This document shows, in pieces, positions 17,044 through 26,256 of a DNA stretch of 64,000 bases; within the stretch, counting starts at the first letter, position 1, and every line of letters starts with the position of its first letter. The notes beneath the pieces were generated by a model. It had not been told where the DNA came from. It did not search any database and saw nothing but the letters and a program-made list of their open reading frames with translations. This DNA comes from Gammaproteobacteria bacterium (lineage in GTDB: Bacteria > Pseudomonadota > Gammaproteobacteria > Eutrophobiales > Eutrophobiaceae). The translations under genes and the position numbers were made by a program. The stretch is taken from positions 1,152,001 to 1,216,000 of the forward strand of contig OZ220696.1 of NCBI GenBank assembly GCA_965116495.1, in the 5' to 3' direction.

Positions 17044-19107
17044 TCAGGATAGTTGAGTCAGGACAAGGTTTCCAATCCGGTCCACGACCAGCGCCCAACC
17101 CGGCGGAACGGCGCTGGTGGTGGTCCATTCTTCCACAATTGCCGGCCCGGCGACCTGCTGGTCCCTGGCCAGGTCATCCCGGTTATAGACGGGTATGGCC
17201 TGGTTGCCGTCAGCTGTGGCGAAACAGGTATTTCTCGTCCCCCATGGTGCGGCCGGCTCTCCTTCAGGCCATACGGGCCAGGAAGGCCTGGCCACCTGCC
17301 CCACAGAGCGCACCCGCAGGGTCACGACCTCCAGGGGCGCTTCGGGCTCTCCGTGCCCGTAGAGCCGCTGGTGCAGCGTCACGAAACGCTCACGCACCCC
17401 TGTCAGGATAGCGTCCGGTTCCCCCAGCCAGGGCTCATCGACGTGCACCGTGACGGTAAACTCCTGGCCTGCAAAACGTACGTCCATGCGCGTATCCGAT
17501 ACGATATCGCCGCGGTCGAAACCATGCCGCTGCAACCGGTCCAGGTTCTCCTGTTGCATGACTGCGATGCTGTCCAGCATCTCCTCCAGGTGTTGCGCGA
17601 CAAAAGGGCGTACCAGGGTCCTGGAATTATCTTCCCGGTAATCCGAACAGACGATACCCCAGGCGGAAAAATTCGCAGGCGCACGCGGTACGATCACGGA
17701 CTTCACTCCCAGTTCCTCACTCACCGCGGCGGCAAACAGGCCACCGCCACCACCGTAGGACAGTAACGAGTAGTCGCGCGGGTCCAGGCCTTTTTCGACA
17801 GTGATGGAGCGGATGGCATTGGTCATATTGGTTGTCGCGATTTTGAGCACGCCCAGGGCGGTTTCCTGTACGGACAGGCCGAGTTCGCCGGCGAGGGCCG
17901 TTACCGCCCGCAAGGCGGCCGCCTCGTCCAGTTGCATGCGGGACCCGAGAAAGGTCCCGGCATCGAGATACCCCAGCAGCAGGTGGCAGTCCGTCACCGT
18001 GGGTTCCGTACCACCGTGTCCGAAACAGGCCGGTCCCGGCGCGGCGCCGGCGCTTTGCGGTCCCACCCGCAGGGCGCCGCGCTGGTCAAGCCAGGCGATG
18101 GAACCGCCACCTGCGCCGACCGAAGAAATGTCGATAGTGGGACCCATAACCGGCCGCCGGGCCACGTAGGTCTGTGAACGTTCGATGATCTCGCCCTGGT
18201 CGATCAGGGCCACATCGACGGTTGTGCCACCCACGTCGAAACAGATGAGATTTTCGACCCCAAGCGCTCCGGCCAGGGACCCGGCGCCGATAACGCCACC
18301 GGCAGGGCCGGATTCAAGCGTCGTAATCGGCCTGTTGGCAGCACGGTCGGCGGCCACAACGCCGCCATTGGACTGCATCATGGCCAGGGGGGATGCATAG
18401 CCACCTGCTTCCAGTTGGTGCGTCATGCTGCTGATGTAGTTTGCAAACTGCGGCTGCACGTAAGCATTGAGCACCGTGGTCGACGTCCGTTCGAATTCAC
18501 GCCATTCACCGACCAGTTCATGGGAAGCCGAGACGGCAATACCGGGGTATTGCTCCCTGATCCGTTCAGCCGCCAGCCGTTCATGGGCCGGGTTGGCATA
18601 ACTGTGCAGGAAGCAGATGGCTATGGCCTCGCAGCCGTGCCCGGCCAGCAGGGCGGCTTCCCGGTCGACGGCATCCAGGTCCAGGGGAACCACTTCCTCA
18701 CCGCCGGCGCCCAGGCGTCCCGGTACTTCCCGGCGCAGGTAACGGGGAACCAGGCAGCGAGGCGCCGTGTAATGGGGATTATATATTTCCGGGCGCGAAC
18801 CCCGGCCGATCTCCAGTACGTCCCGGAAACCGCTGGTGGTGAGCAAACCTACCTGTACGCCCTGCTCCTGGACAATCGTGTTCACCACGACCGTAGTGCC
18901 GTGAAAGATGCGCCCGACCCCGGCAAGCCTGACGGGCAGGCGGCCGATGCCGGCGCCGACCTCCTCGACAATCCGTTCCGGCGTCGACGGCTGTTTCTCC
19001 AACGTGATCTCACCCGTAGCCGCGTCAAGCAGGACGAAATCAACAAACGTGCCTCCCACGTCGATGGCGAGGCGGTGACCCGCAGTTGATGGTATATAGG
19101 TGTCCAT
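17044..19107 (-). CDS. Hydantoinase A/oxoprolinase-family ATP-binding subunit
   Basis: IDVGGTF, HGTTV..N, ESGPAGG, DVGGTT, GAGGGSIA, PGPACFG. Confidence 0.93.
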   Translation of the reverse strand: MDTYIPSTAGHRLAIDVGGTFVDFVLLDAATGEITLEKQPSTPERIVEEVGAGIGRLPVRLAGVGRIFHGTTVVVNTIVQEQGVQVGLLTTSGFRDVLEIGRGSRPEIYNPHYTAPRCLVPRYLRREVPGRLGAGGEEVVPLDLDAVDREAALLAGHGCEAIAICFLHSYANPAHERLAAERIREQYPGIAVSASHELVGEWREFERTSTTVLNAYVQPQFANYISSMTHQLEAGGYASPLAMMQSNGGVVAADRAANRPITTLESGPAGGVIGAGSLAGALGVENLICFDVGGTTVDVALIDQGEIIERSQTYVARRPVMGPTIDISSVGAGGGSIAWLDQRGALRVGPQSAGAAPGPACFGHGGTEPTVTDCHLLLGYLDAGTFLGSRMQLDEAAALRAVTALAGELGLSVQETALGVLKIATTNMTNAIRSITVEKGLDPRDYSLLSYGGGGGLFAAAVSEELGVKSVIVPRAPANFSAWGIVCSDYREDNSRTLVRPFVAQHLEEMLDSIAVMQQENLDRLQRHGFDRGDIVSDTRMDVRFAGQEFTVTVHVDEPWLGEPDAILTGVRERFVTLHQRLYGHGEPEAPLEVVTLRVRSVGQVARPSWPVWPEGEPAAPWGTRNTCFATADGNQAIPVYNRDDLARDQQVAGPAIVEEWTTTSAVPPGWALVVDRIGNLVLTQLS

Positions 19108-19124
19108 TATTTTCTTACCTTCGA

Positions 19125-19188
19125 GGGGACAGAATTAAACTCTGTCCCCGCTATTGAGCTTTGAGGGGACAGAATTAATTCTGTCCCC
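19125..19188. repeat. Two tandem REP-like hairpins GGGGACAGA...TCTGTCCCC
   Basis: Hairpins at 19125-19149 and 19165-19188; the second overlaps the UbiD stop codon. Confidence 0.85.
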
Positions 19189-20539
19189 GCCAATCACTGA
19201 AATAACATTTCAGGTCTATCTCTTCCTCCCCGGGTGTCATCGAGCGTACCAGCTTTAAACCGGCTTCCATCGTAGCATCGATACCGATATAGCCGCTGAT
19301 CAGGTAGTTGGAATTTTCCATGCCCGGCAAATCGGAAAGTACATGTGTGCGGGTATCGAGGTTGCCGCGGGTCAGAAAAGACCACCACACGGACCCCAGG
19401 TCATGGATATCGATGTCCCTGTCGACGACGATGCACATGCGGTTATACGCAGGACTTAGTTTGAAGACAGCCTCGATAACATCTTTCGGATGGCTGTCAT
19501 ACTGCTTGTCTATTTTGACGATACTGCCGTACATGGTCGGGTTAATAGTGACGTCGAGGATGCCGGGCAGTTCCTTGACCAGGCCGCGGTAAATACGCCC
19601 GCCCCAGGATACGGCCAGGGCGGTGAGATCTTCCCGCGCGCCGCACAACAGGCCGTGATAATAAGCATCCTTGCGCCAGCCCACGTTGAGGACATCGAGG
19701 ACATACGCGCTCTTGTTGACCTCGCAATAGTAGCCCAGGAACTCACCGAACGGACCGTCCTCGACCCGCTCGTTGGGCCGGATAGTACCTTCGATAACAA
19801 TTTGAGTAGCCGCCGGGACCAGGAGGTCCACGCGCTCGCAGGGACGCATCTCAAGCTGCCCTCCGGCAATATGGGCCGCAAGCTGTACCTCGTCCTGGCC
19901 GATGGGCAGGGCCGTCACCGCAGCCAGGAAAACAGGCGGCGGCGCGCCGATGAGGACGGCCACCTCCAGGGCCTCACCCTTGGCCTCGGCCTTTGCCTGG
20001 TAATGCGCGAGATCGTGAGGCGAATCGATACAACAGTGCATTATTTTATCATCCCCCAGCATCATGCAGCGGCTGAAGGACAGGTTCGGTATCCCCGTCT
20101 CCGGGTCGCGTGCCAGGAATACGCCGGCGGTGATATATGGCGCGGCATCCTTTTCCCGCCAGGTTATTTCAGGCAAGTCATGCAAACTCCCGGCCAGCAG
20201 GTCGCGCGGAACAGGAATTTCCTTAATGTAATCATAGGAATGAGCAGGCAAGCTATCGATGATTTCCCGGAAGCGCTCGTTCAAGCCCTTGTCTCCAGCG
20301 TTCATAAGCTCGGCCATGCGGCTGAAACTCCCGTAGATGTTGGCGACCACCGGGAAACTGCTTCCCCTGACGTTCCTGAACAGGATGGGCCAATCGCTCT
20401 CCTTCTGCGCGCGTGCAACTACCGCGGCGAGTTCAAAACGGGGATCGACCTCCCTCTCAACCAGGTGCATTTCCTTCCTGGCCACCAGGGAATCAACGTA
20501 TGTCCCGAAATCGGTCATCTTCAAGTCGTTTAATTTCAC
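19175..20539 (-). CDS. UbiD-family (prFMN-dependent) decarboxylase
   Basis: EVDPRFELAA, PVVANIYGS, DAAPYITAG, IVIEG, DGPFGEFLGYY, IVVDRDIDI, IGIDAT. Confidence 0.9.
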   Translation of the reverse strand: MKLNDLKMTDFGTYVDSLVARKEMHLVEREVDPRFELAAVVARAQKESDWPILFRNVRGSSFPVVANIYGSFSRMAELMNAGDKGLNERFREIIDSLPAHSYDYIKEIPVPRDLLAGSLHDLPEITWREKDAAPYITAGVFLARDPETGIPNLSFSRCMMLGDDKIMHCCIDSPHDLAHYQAKAEAKGEALEVAVLIGAPPPVFLAAVTALPIGQDEVQLAAHIAGGQLEMRPCERVDLLVPAATQIVIEGTIRPNERVEDGPFGEFLGYYCEVNKSAYVLDVLNVGWRKDAYYHGLLCGAREDLTALAVSWGGRIYRGLVKELPGILDVTINPTMYGSIVKIDKQYDSHPKDVIEAVFKLSPAYNRMCIVVDRDIDIHDLGSVWWSFLTRGNLDTRTHVLSDLPGMENSNYLISGYIGIDATMEAGLKLVRSMTPGEEEIDLKCYFSDWRGQN

Positions 20540-20676
20540 CGATATTCCACTGTGCTGGATAGTCGTTGGATAAGGTAATCCCCCGCTGTGACAGGATGTG
20601 TAAAAAAATCCGGGAAATAGTCTTCCGGCAACTCCAGAGACAATGCGCTTGCCCGACCGATTATTCCGTCTTTCAT
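20536..20676 (-). pseudogene. 46-aa ORF resembling an internal fragment of an IPNS-like 2OG-Fe(II) oxygenase
   Basis: Own translation MKDGIIGRASALSLELPEDYFPDFFTHPVT...; GTGA overlap with the ubiD start. Confidence 0.4.
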
Positions 20677-20743
20677 GATCGAGTCCCTACTGTTTGATTA
20701 AATTGTAAGGCTATCAGGCCAAAAAATAACAATGCATTAAATA

Positions 20744-20788
20744 TTGCATAATAAATTGCATAATACTATTATTGTTCAATGTATGCAA
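20744..20788. promoter_or_regulatory. TTGCATAAT half-sites, candidate GntR operator
   Basis: Copies at 20744 and 20756 plus inverted TATGCAA at 20782; the same motif forms the palindrome at 22061. Confidence 0.55.
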
Positions 20789-20840
20789 TAATGTGATTGA
20801 TAATTTATGAAACCAATCCGGAAAACGAGTAGGCCAAACT

Positions 20841-21212
20841 ATGCATATTTCATCACAAGGGCTAACCTGGGAAGATGAGGAAGTCGAGGGCGGCGCTGCT
20901 TGTAGTTTTGTCAGCTTGCCGCTAGGAAAGCTGACAGATGTAGGTGGTGCTTATAAATTCAGGATGGGTAAAGGTCTCGAGTTCAAGTATCATCGGCATG
21001 CCGACTGGGTGGCCGTCACGGTACTGAGCGGAAAAGTTCGTGTTGCCTCGCCAGGTGACGCCGATCCACCTGTATACGAAGCAGACGATGTATATCTCGT
21101 GGAACCTGGAACCTTACACCAAGAGACTATGCTGGAAGATACTGAAGTAGTAGTGATCCACGGGCCTGGTGTCACCGGGGAGCGTTTTGAAATACATACT
21201 GTAGAGGTCTAG
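20841..21212 (+). CDS. Cupin-domain protein
   Basis: HRH...VLSG and VEPGTLH cupin motifs. Confidence 0.75.
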   Translation: MHISSQGLTWEDEEVEGGAACSFVSLPLGKLTDVGGAYKFRMGKGLEFKYHRHADWVAVTVLSGKVRVASPGDADPPVYEADDVYLVEPGTLHQETMLEDTEVVVIHGPGVTGERFEIHTVEV

Positions 21213-21261
21213 ATTTAATCAACTGAGGTAATACGCTCCGATGCATGTTTGAGTTTTTTGT

Positions 21262-21954
21262 TCAGGTAAATACCTCGTCCCCCAGTCCAAATATCGCATC
21301 TCTTATATCGACAGAAGATTTAACAACCAGATATTCAGCTCGATTTACATTCTGATCCAGGATCGCGCTTAAAATATCTTCATGGTGGGTAATCCATTTG
21401 TCGGGGCTTGAATTTATGGTAAGGCCCTGGACCTGCAGACGGAAAAGCAGGGTTTCGAGACGTTCACGAATGTCCCAGAGCACCGGATTATCCACTACCG
21501 TAGCGATTGAATCCCAGAATCTGACATTTTCATCCAGATATTTTTGCACCCTTTTTTCCATTGCTGCAGTTTTCCTGAATTTTTTTGCCACCTTGAGGGA
21601 TTCGTCTATAAATTCCCTGGCCCTGGTTTCTTTTACATCTTCACAGGCCTGTCTCACAGCCAGCATAGACAGAGCATCCAATACATCAAGAATACATTCC
21701 ACTTCCCGGCGGGAAATTTTTCTTACCGATGCGCCACGATTTTTTTCTATCGAAACCAGGCCTTCACTTTCAAGCCGTCGCAGCGCATCCCTGATCTGCC
21801 GTTGGGTTGCGCCCAGTTGCTGGATTAGATCAATTTCGATAAGCCTTTGCCCCGATATATATCTGCCTTCACGAATACCTCTTCGTAGTTTTGAAACTAC
21901 CGATTCTGCAGTATCTTTTTTTCGTCTGTTATTATTTGATTCAGTAGAATACAT
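21262..21954 (-). CDS. GntR-family (FCD) transcriptional regulator
   Basis: GQRLIEIDL, IRDALRRLESEGLV...NRGASV wHTH; C-terminal HHEDILSAI. Confidence 0.88.
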   Translation of the reverse strand: MYSTESNNNRRKKDTAESVVSKLRRGIREGRYISGQRLIEIDLIQQLGATQRQIRDALRRLESEGLVSIEKNRGASVRKISRREVECILDVLDALSMLAVRQACEDVKETRAREFIDESLKVAKKFRKTAAMEKRVQKYLDENVRFWDSIATVVDNPVLWDIRERLETLLFRLQVQGLTINSSPDKWITHHEDILSAILDQNVNRAEYLVVKSSVDIRDAIFGLGDEVFT

Positions 21955-22060
21955 TTTGCATCAGCCTTAGTTGTTACTGCATCCTGAAAGTCTCAGCATA
22001 TACGCTACATGCTTGAGTTCGCCGTTGAAACCACCAGACATTTAGGGCATAACATATAAC

Positions 22061-22078
22061 TTGCATAATATTATGCAA
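22061..22078. promoter_or_regulatory. Perfect palindrome TTGCATAATATTATGCAA, candidate GntR operator
   Basis: 18-bp palindrome in the divergent gntR/Rieske spacer. Confidence 0.65.
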
Positions 22079-22157
22079 AACCTGGCAATTATCCATAAAT
22101 TCATTACAGCGGAAAAGAGACAGCTTTGACCTCTTGCCATAGATTCGAATTTTCCCC

Positions 22158-23408
22158 ATGAATGAAGCACAAATAACCAAACTTATCAGAAACCAGAAGG
22201 CAGGCATGTCACTGGCGCAACCTTTCTACCAGGATAGAGCAATTTTTCAACTCGAATTCGATACAATAATCAGGCGGCAATGGCTGCTGGCAGACCATGA
22301 ATCCCGCATTCCCGCGCAGGGCGATTATTTCCTGGTTAAAGTGGCGCAGGATACCATCATTGTTGTGCGCGCAAGGAATAATCGAATTAACGCCTTTTAT
22401 AATGTCTGCCGGCACCGGGGTACAACACTGTGCGAGAAAACAGCAGGACGTCTGAAGCAGTTTGTCTGTCCCTACCATGCCTGGTCTTATGATCTTGACG
22501 GACACCTGAGGCAGGCCAGGGACATGCCCGCAAGCTTCAACAAGGGCGAATACGGTCTTGTTCCATGCCGTCTGGAAGTGGTTGAAGGGCTGATTTTCCT
22601 ATGTCTGGATGAAGACGCCCCGGCTGATTTTAACCGCAGTCATGGAGCTTTTCTGCCCTATCTGAAACTTCATGGTACCGCTGGCGCACGGATCGCCCAC
22701 CATGAGCAATGGACAGTGCAGGCCAACTGGAAACTGCTGTATGAAAACTTCGGTGAGTGTTATCACTGTGCAGGAGTGCATCCGGAGTTCCTGAAATTAT
22801 ACCGTACAGAAACCCTGGCCGCCTTCGGCGCGGGACCTGCGTCAGCCGGAGTCAATGCTGAACTGGCTGGACGCTTTTCGGCCTGGGCTGAAAAGGCGGA
22901 GGAACTAGGACACCACACTGCCTCTGTCGAATGCAACGGCGACGGCAATTACTTCAGCTACGCGGCCCGCGCTCCGTTCGACTTTGATGCCCTGACGCTG
23001 AGCGCCGATGGAAAACCTCTTGCACCGTTGATGGGGGAGTTCAGGCAGTATGACGGCGCCATGTCAGTCATTGCGCTTAACCCGGTAAGTTGTATCCTGG
23101 GTTACAATGATTATTCAATCCTGCTCCGTTTCATTCCCCGAAGCGTGGACTCAACTGACGTTCTTGTTACCTGGCTGGTTGACAAAAATGCCCGGGCAGG
23201 TATTGACTATGACAGGGACAGGTTGACTGAAATCGGTCTGGCGGTGATGCGTGCAGACACAAAACTTACAGACTTGCAGCAACAGGGCATCGCGACCAGC
23301 GGCTACCGGCCTGGTGTCTACTCCAGACAGGAACAACTGGTTGACTCTTTTATTCGATGGTATCTCAAACAATTACAGGCGATTGTGTTTTCAAAGCGTT
23401 TTCCTTAA
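22158..23408 (+). CDS. Rieske non-heme iron oxygenase alpha subunit (glycine-betaine/stachydrine demethylase-like)
   Basis: Intact NVCRH...CPYH cluster ligands; NWKLLYENFGECYHC..VH mononuclear Fe site. Confidence 0.88.
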   Translation: MNEAQITKLIRNQKAGMSLAQPFYQDRAIFQLEFDTIIRRQWLLADHESRIPAQGDYFLVKVAQDTIIVVRARNNRINAFYNVCRHRGTTLCEKTAGRLKQFVCPYHAWSYDLDGHLRQARDMPASFNKGEYGLVPCRLEVVEGLIFLCLDEDAPADFNRSHGAFLPYLKLHGTAGARIAHHEQWTVQANWKLLYENFGECYHCAGVHPEFLKLYRTETLAAFGAGPASAGVNAELAGRFSAWAEKAEELGHHTASVECNGDGNYFSYAARAPFDFDALTLSADGKPLAPLMGEFRQYDGAMSVIALNPVSCILGYNDYSILLRFIPRSVDSTDVLVTWLVDKNARAGIDYDRDRLTEIGLAVMRADTKLTDLQQQGIATSGYRPGVYSRQEQLVDSFIRWYLKQLQAIVFSKRFP

Positions 23409-23493
23409 CTCCCGGCCTGCAGGTCGTCCGGGACCGGCGCCTCCTTGATGTAATCATAAGAATGGGCAGGCAGAGGGTATCGATTATTTCCCA
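23407..23493 (-). pseudogene. Remnant of a second ubiD paralogue
   Basis: Reads EIIDT/LPAHSYDYIKEAPVPDDLQAGS versus EIIDSLPAHSYDYIKEIPVPRDLLAGS encoded at 20185-20268. Confidence 0.8.
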
Positions 23494-23517
23494 CCAGAGC
23501 GCGGGCCTTCGCCGTTT

Positions 23518-24762
23518 TCAGTCGAACTTCTCCGGGTGCGGACCGAGGGAGAAACTCAGGATCACGCTGAGGCCGAACAGGGCGGCACAGATGTAAAGCA
23601 CCTCTGTGTAGTTGCCGAAATGGTCATAACCCAGGCCAAGAATATATGGAAACACCGAGATCCCGATGAGGGACGCACAAAATATATGGCCGTAAATCTT
23701 GCCGTAGGCCAGCAGGCCGAAGTAGCGGCCGACCAGTATTGCCAGGGCATCCGACTCTGCGCCCGAACTCAGGCCTATCAGGATACTGGCGGCGATAATC
23801 CAGTAGCCCGGCATACCCGTTGCCAGTAACAGGGTGCCGGCGACTGCACAGATAAAAATGCCTGCAGTGACCCAGGGGACGTAAACCCTGTCGTAGATGT
23901 AGCCGGCCAGCAGGCGGCCGATGATCATCATGATGCCTATAATGGATGCAGCCAGTATGGGCATGTTGGAATCCGGTTCAATCATCCTGACGATGGAAAC
24001 CAGGTGCAGCGCCAGGGAGTAAATGGTACCGGTGCCAAGGGTCAATATCCCGGTGATAATCCAGAACTGGGGCAGCCTGATCGCCTGTGCCGAACTGATA
24101 CCGGTAACAACATTATCGCCTCCCGGTTTATCGCCTACTGCGCCGCCATCAACTGCCAGCCCGCATTGTTCCGGCGTATCCCTGACTATCAGGGAGACAA
24201 CCGGCACCCCGGCGCACAAGACAAGCAAACTTAGGCCAATGTAGGCATATCCCGGCCCACCCAGGTCAACGAGGTATTGTGTAAAGGCGGGAACAATTGA
24301 AAAACCAAGCCCCATGCCCGCGGTGGCGATTCCGACCACCAGGCCGCGCCGGCGGTCAAACCAGTACGACAACAGGCGCATGTAGGCGAGACTGTTCGCA
24401 CCCGCACAAATGACTCCCATGAAAAAATAAAGGATATGAAACGTGGAGAGCGACGCGGCATATGACAGAGCGAACAGGCTGAGGGCAAATCCCAGCATGG
24501 AGGGGATAAGCACTTTTTTCGGACCGATCCTGTCCACCAGTATTCCTATGACCGGCGTGGTGAGGACGATGGCGGCAGTGAGCAACGTCGCAGCCAGGGA
24601 AATCCCGGACCTGCTCCAGCCATAGGCTTCCGACAATGGCTGCATCAGCACGCCGATGGAATAGAATGCGATGGGCGCCGGGCTTACCGCCAGACCGATG
24701 GTGGCGGCGAGGACGATCCACCAGCCGTAAAATATTCTGTTATCTTTGCTCATCGGCATCAC
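23518..24762 (-). CDS. MFS transporter
   Basis: About 12 hydrophobic segments; G.LVDRIGPK, WFDRRRGL. Confidence 0.9.
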   Translation of the reverse strand: MMPMSKDNRIFYGWWIVLAATIGLAVSPAPIAFYSIGVLMQPLSEAYGWSRSGISLAATLLTAAIVLTTPVIGILVDRIGPKKVLIPSMLGFALSLFALSYAASLSTFHILYFFMGVICAGANSLAYMRLLSYWFDRRRGLVVGIATAGMGLGFSIVPAFTQYLVDLGGPGYAYIGLSLLVLCAGVPVVSLIVRDTPEQCGLAVDGGAVGDKPGGDNVVTGISSAQAIRLPQFWIITGILTLGTGTIYSLALHLVSIVRMIEPDSNMPILAASIIGIMMIIGRLLAGYIYDRVYVPWVTAGIFICAVAGTLLLATGMPGYWIIAASILIGLSSGAESDALAILVGRYFGLLAYGKIYGHIFCASLIGISVFPYILGLGYDHFGNYTEVLYICAALFGLSVILSFSLGPHPEKFD

Positions 24763-24898
24763 CCTTCGCTACCCACCCGGCTAATCGTACTATATTCATC
24801 GGAGCCAGTCTTGATGAAGTGCCTGTTCCAGGTTGAAAACGTTAACGGAGGACAGAGATATGAGCAGCTATTTCCCAAAAGAAAAATTGTCATGGCTA

Positions 24899-26059
24899 TT
24901 AATCTGCGACCTGTTTTTTATTCAACAGGGATTTAGCGATAATCAATTGTTGTATTTGCGAAGTGCCTTCATACAACCTGAACAGACGCACATCACGATA
25001 AAACCTCTCTACATTATAATCCGCGATATAACCGGACCCACCAAATATCTGAACTGCCCGGTCCGCCACGCGATTGACCATTTCCGCGCAGAACAATTTA
25101 CAACACGAAATCTCCTCGGTGATGCGTTCGTCCAGAGTATATCTTCGGGCTGTATCTTCCACCATGCACTTGCCGGCATAGTATTCAGTCTGGCTGTCAG
25201 CCAGTAACGCCTGTATCAATTGGAAATCACCAATCCTGCTGCCGAATTGCCGGCGCTCATTGGCATAATTTACCGAGTCTTCAATCAAACGTTTGGCACT
25301 ACCGACTGAAACCGCGCTGATATGCAGACGCCCCCTGTCCAGAACTTTCATGGCGGTATCGAAGCCCTTGCCTTCAATACCACCTACTAATGCTGTCCCG
25401 GGAACTTTTACGTTATCCAGCACCACATCACAAATATCCGACCCCTTGTGTCCCATTTTGCGCTCCGGTTTCCCCAATCCGATTCCAGGCAGATCCGCAT
25501 CTATGAGAAATGCAGAGATCCCGCGAGTCCTGTCCTCCAGGGCTCCGGTTCTGGCCATCAGCGTAAATACGCCGGCGCGGGGTGCATTGGTAATATACCT
25601 CTTGGTTCCATTGATGACATAAGTGTCGCCATCAAGCGTGGCGCGCGTTCTGAGAGAACCCGCATCAGAGCCTGCCTCAGGCTCCGTTAATGCGAAAGAA
25701 CCAATTAGTTCACCACTGGCAAGTTTTGGTAAATAATGATTTTTTTGTTCCTCAGTGCCGTCCATGACAATTGCTTGAGAACCTATCCCCACATTGGTCC
25801 CAAAGACCGAACGAAACGCCGGCGACGTGTATCCCAGTTCCTGGGCAACCAGCACCTCTTCTGACACAGACAAACCCAGACCGCCATATTTTTCCGGAAT
25901 TGACAAGCCAAACAGGCCCAGCCCTTTCATTTCTTCAACAATCTCATCAGGAACACGTTCTTCCTGATCAACCTGCTGTTCAATCGGTATCAACCGCTGT
26001 CTTACGTAACGCCTCACAGACTGCAACAACTGGTTCAGAGTATCTTTATCCAAGGACAT
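24899..26059 (-). CDS. Acyl-CoA dehydrogenase
   Basis: FALTEPEAGSD, NGTKRYITN, RQFG..IGDFQ, RLYEGTSQIQ. Confidence 0.93.
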   Translation of the reverse strand: MSLDKDTLNQLLQSVRRYVRQRLIPIEQQVDQEERVPDEIVEEMKGLGLFGLSIPEKYGGLGLSVSEEVLVAQELGYTSPAFRSVFGTNVGIGSQAIVMDGTEEQKNHYLPKLASGELIGSFALTEPEAGSDAGSLRTRATLDGDTYVINGTKRYITNAPRAGVFTLMARTGALEDRTRGISAFLIDADLPGIGLGKPERKMGHKGSDICDVVLDNVKVPGTALVGGIEGKGFDTAMKVLDRGRLHISAVSVGSAKRLIEDSVNYANERRQFGSRIGDFQLIQALLADSQTEYYAGKCMVEDTARRYTLDERITEEISCCKLFCAEMVNRVADRAVQIFGGSGYIADYNVERFYRDVRLFRLYEGTSQIQQLIIAKSLLNKKQVAD

Positions 26060-26080
26060 GTAACCGGTGACTCCCGAGGA

Positions 26081-26185
26081 TTAACTATTATCGATACCGG
26101 CCAGCCCGGCAGCCTGCGGCACCCCGAAAAAGCCGGCAATGCCGGAAAATTTGGCCCCGCCAATTTCTTCGTTATTTTCAGCCAT
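26081..26185 (-). pseudogene. N-terminal remnant of an agmatinase/ureohydrolase-family gene
   Basis: Own translation MAENNEEIGGAKFSGIAGFFGVPQAAGLAGIDNS* resembles the ureohydrolase N-terminus (..SGIATF..LP......D). Confidence 0.5.
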
Positions 26186-26256
26186 AGGAGTACCAGTCGT
26201 CGCAATCACCTTGTGTTCCGGATGATTATCGATTATTTCACGGGGAAATGTAAATG

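Noticed and set aside
16296-17411. 371-aa plus-strand ORF
   Set aside because: Antisense to hydantoinase A/B; no recognisable motifs
19490-20533. 347-aa plus-strand ORF
   Set aside because: Antisense shadow of ubiD
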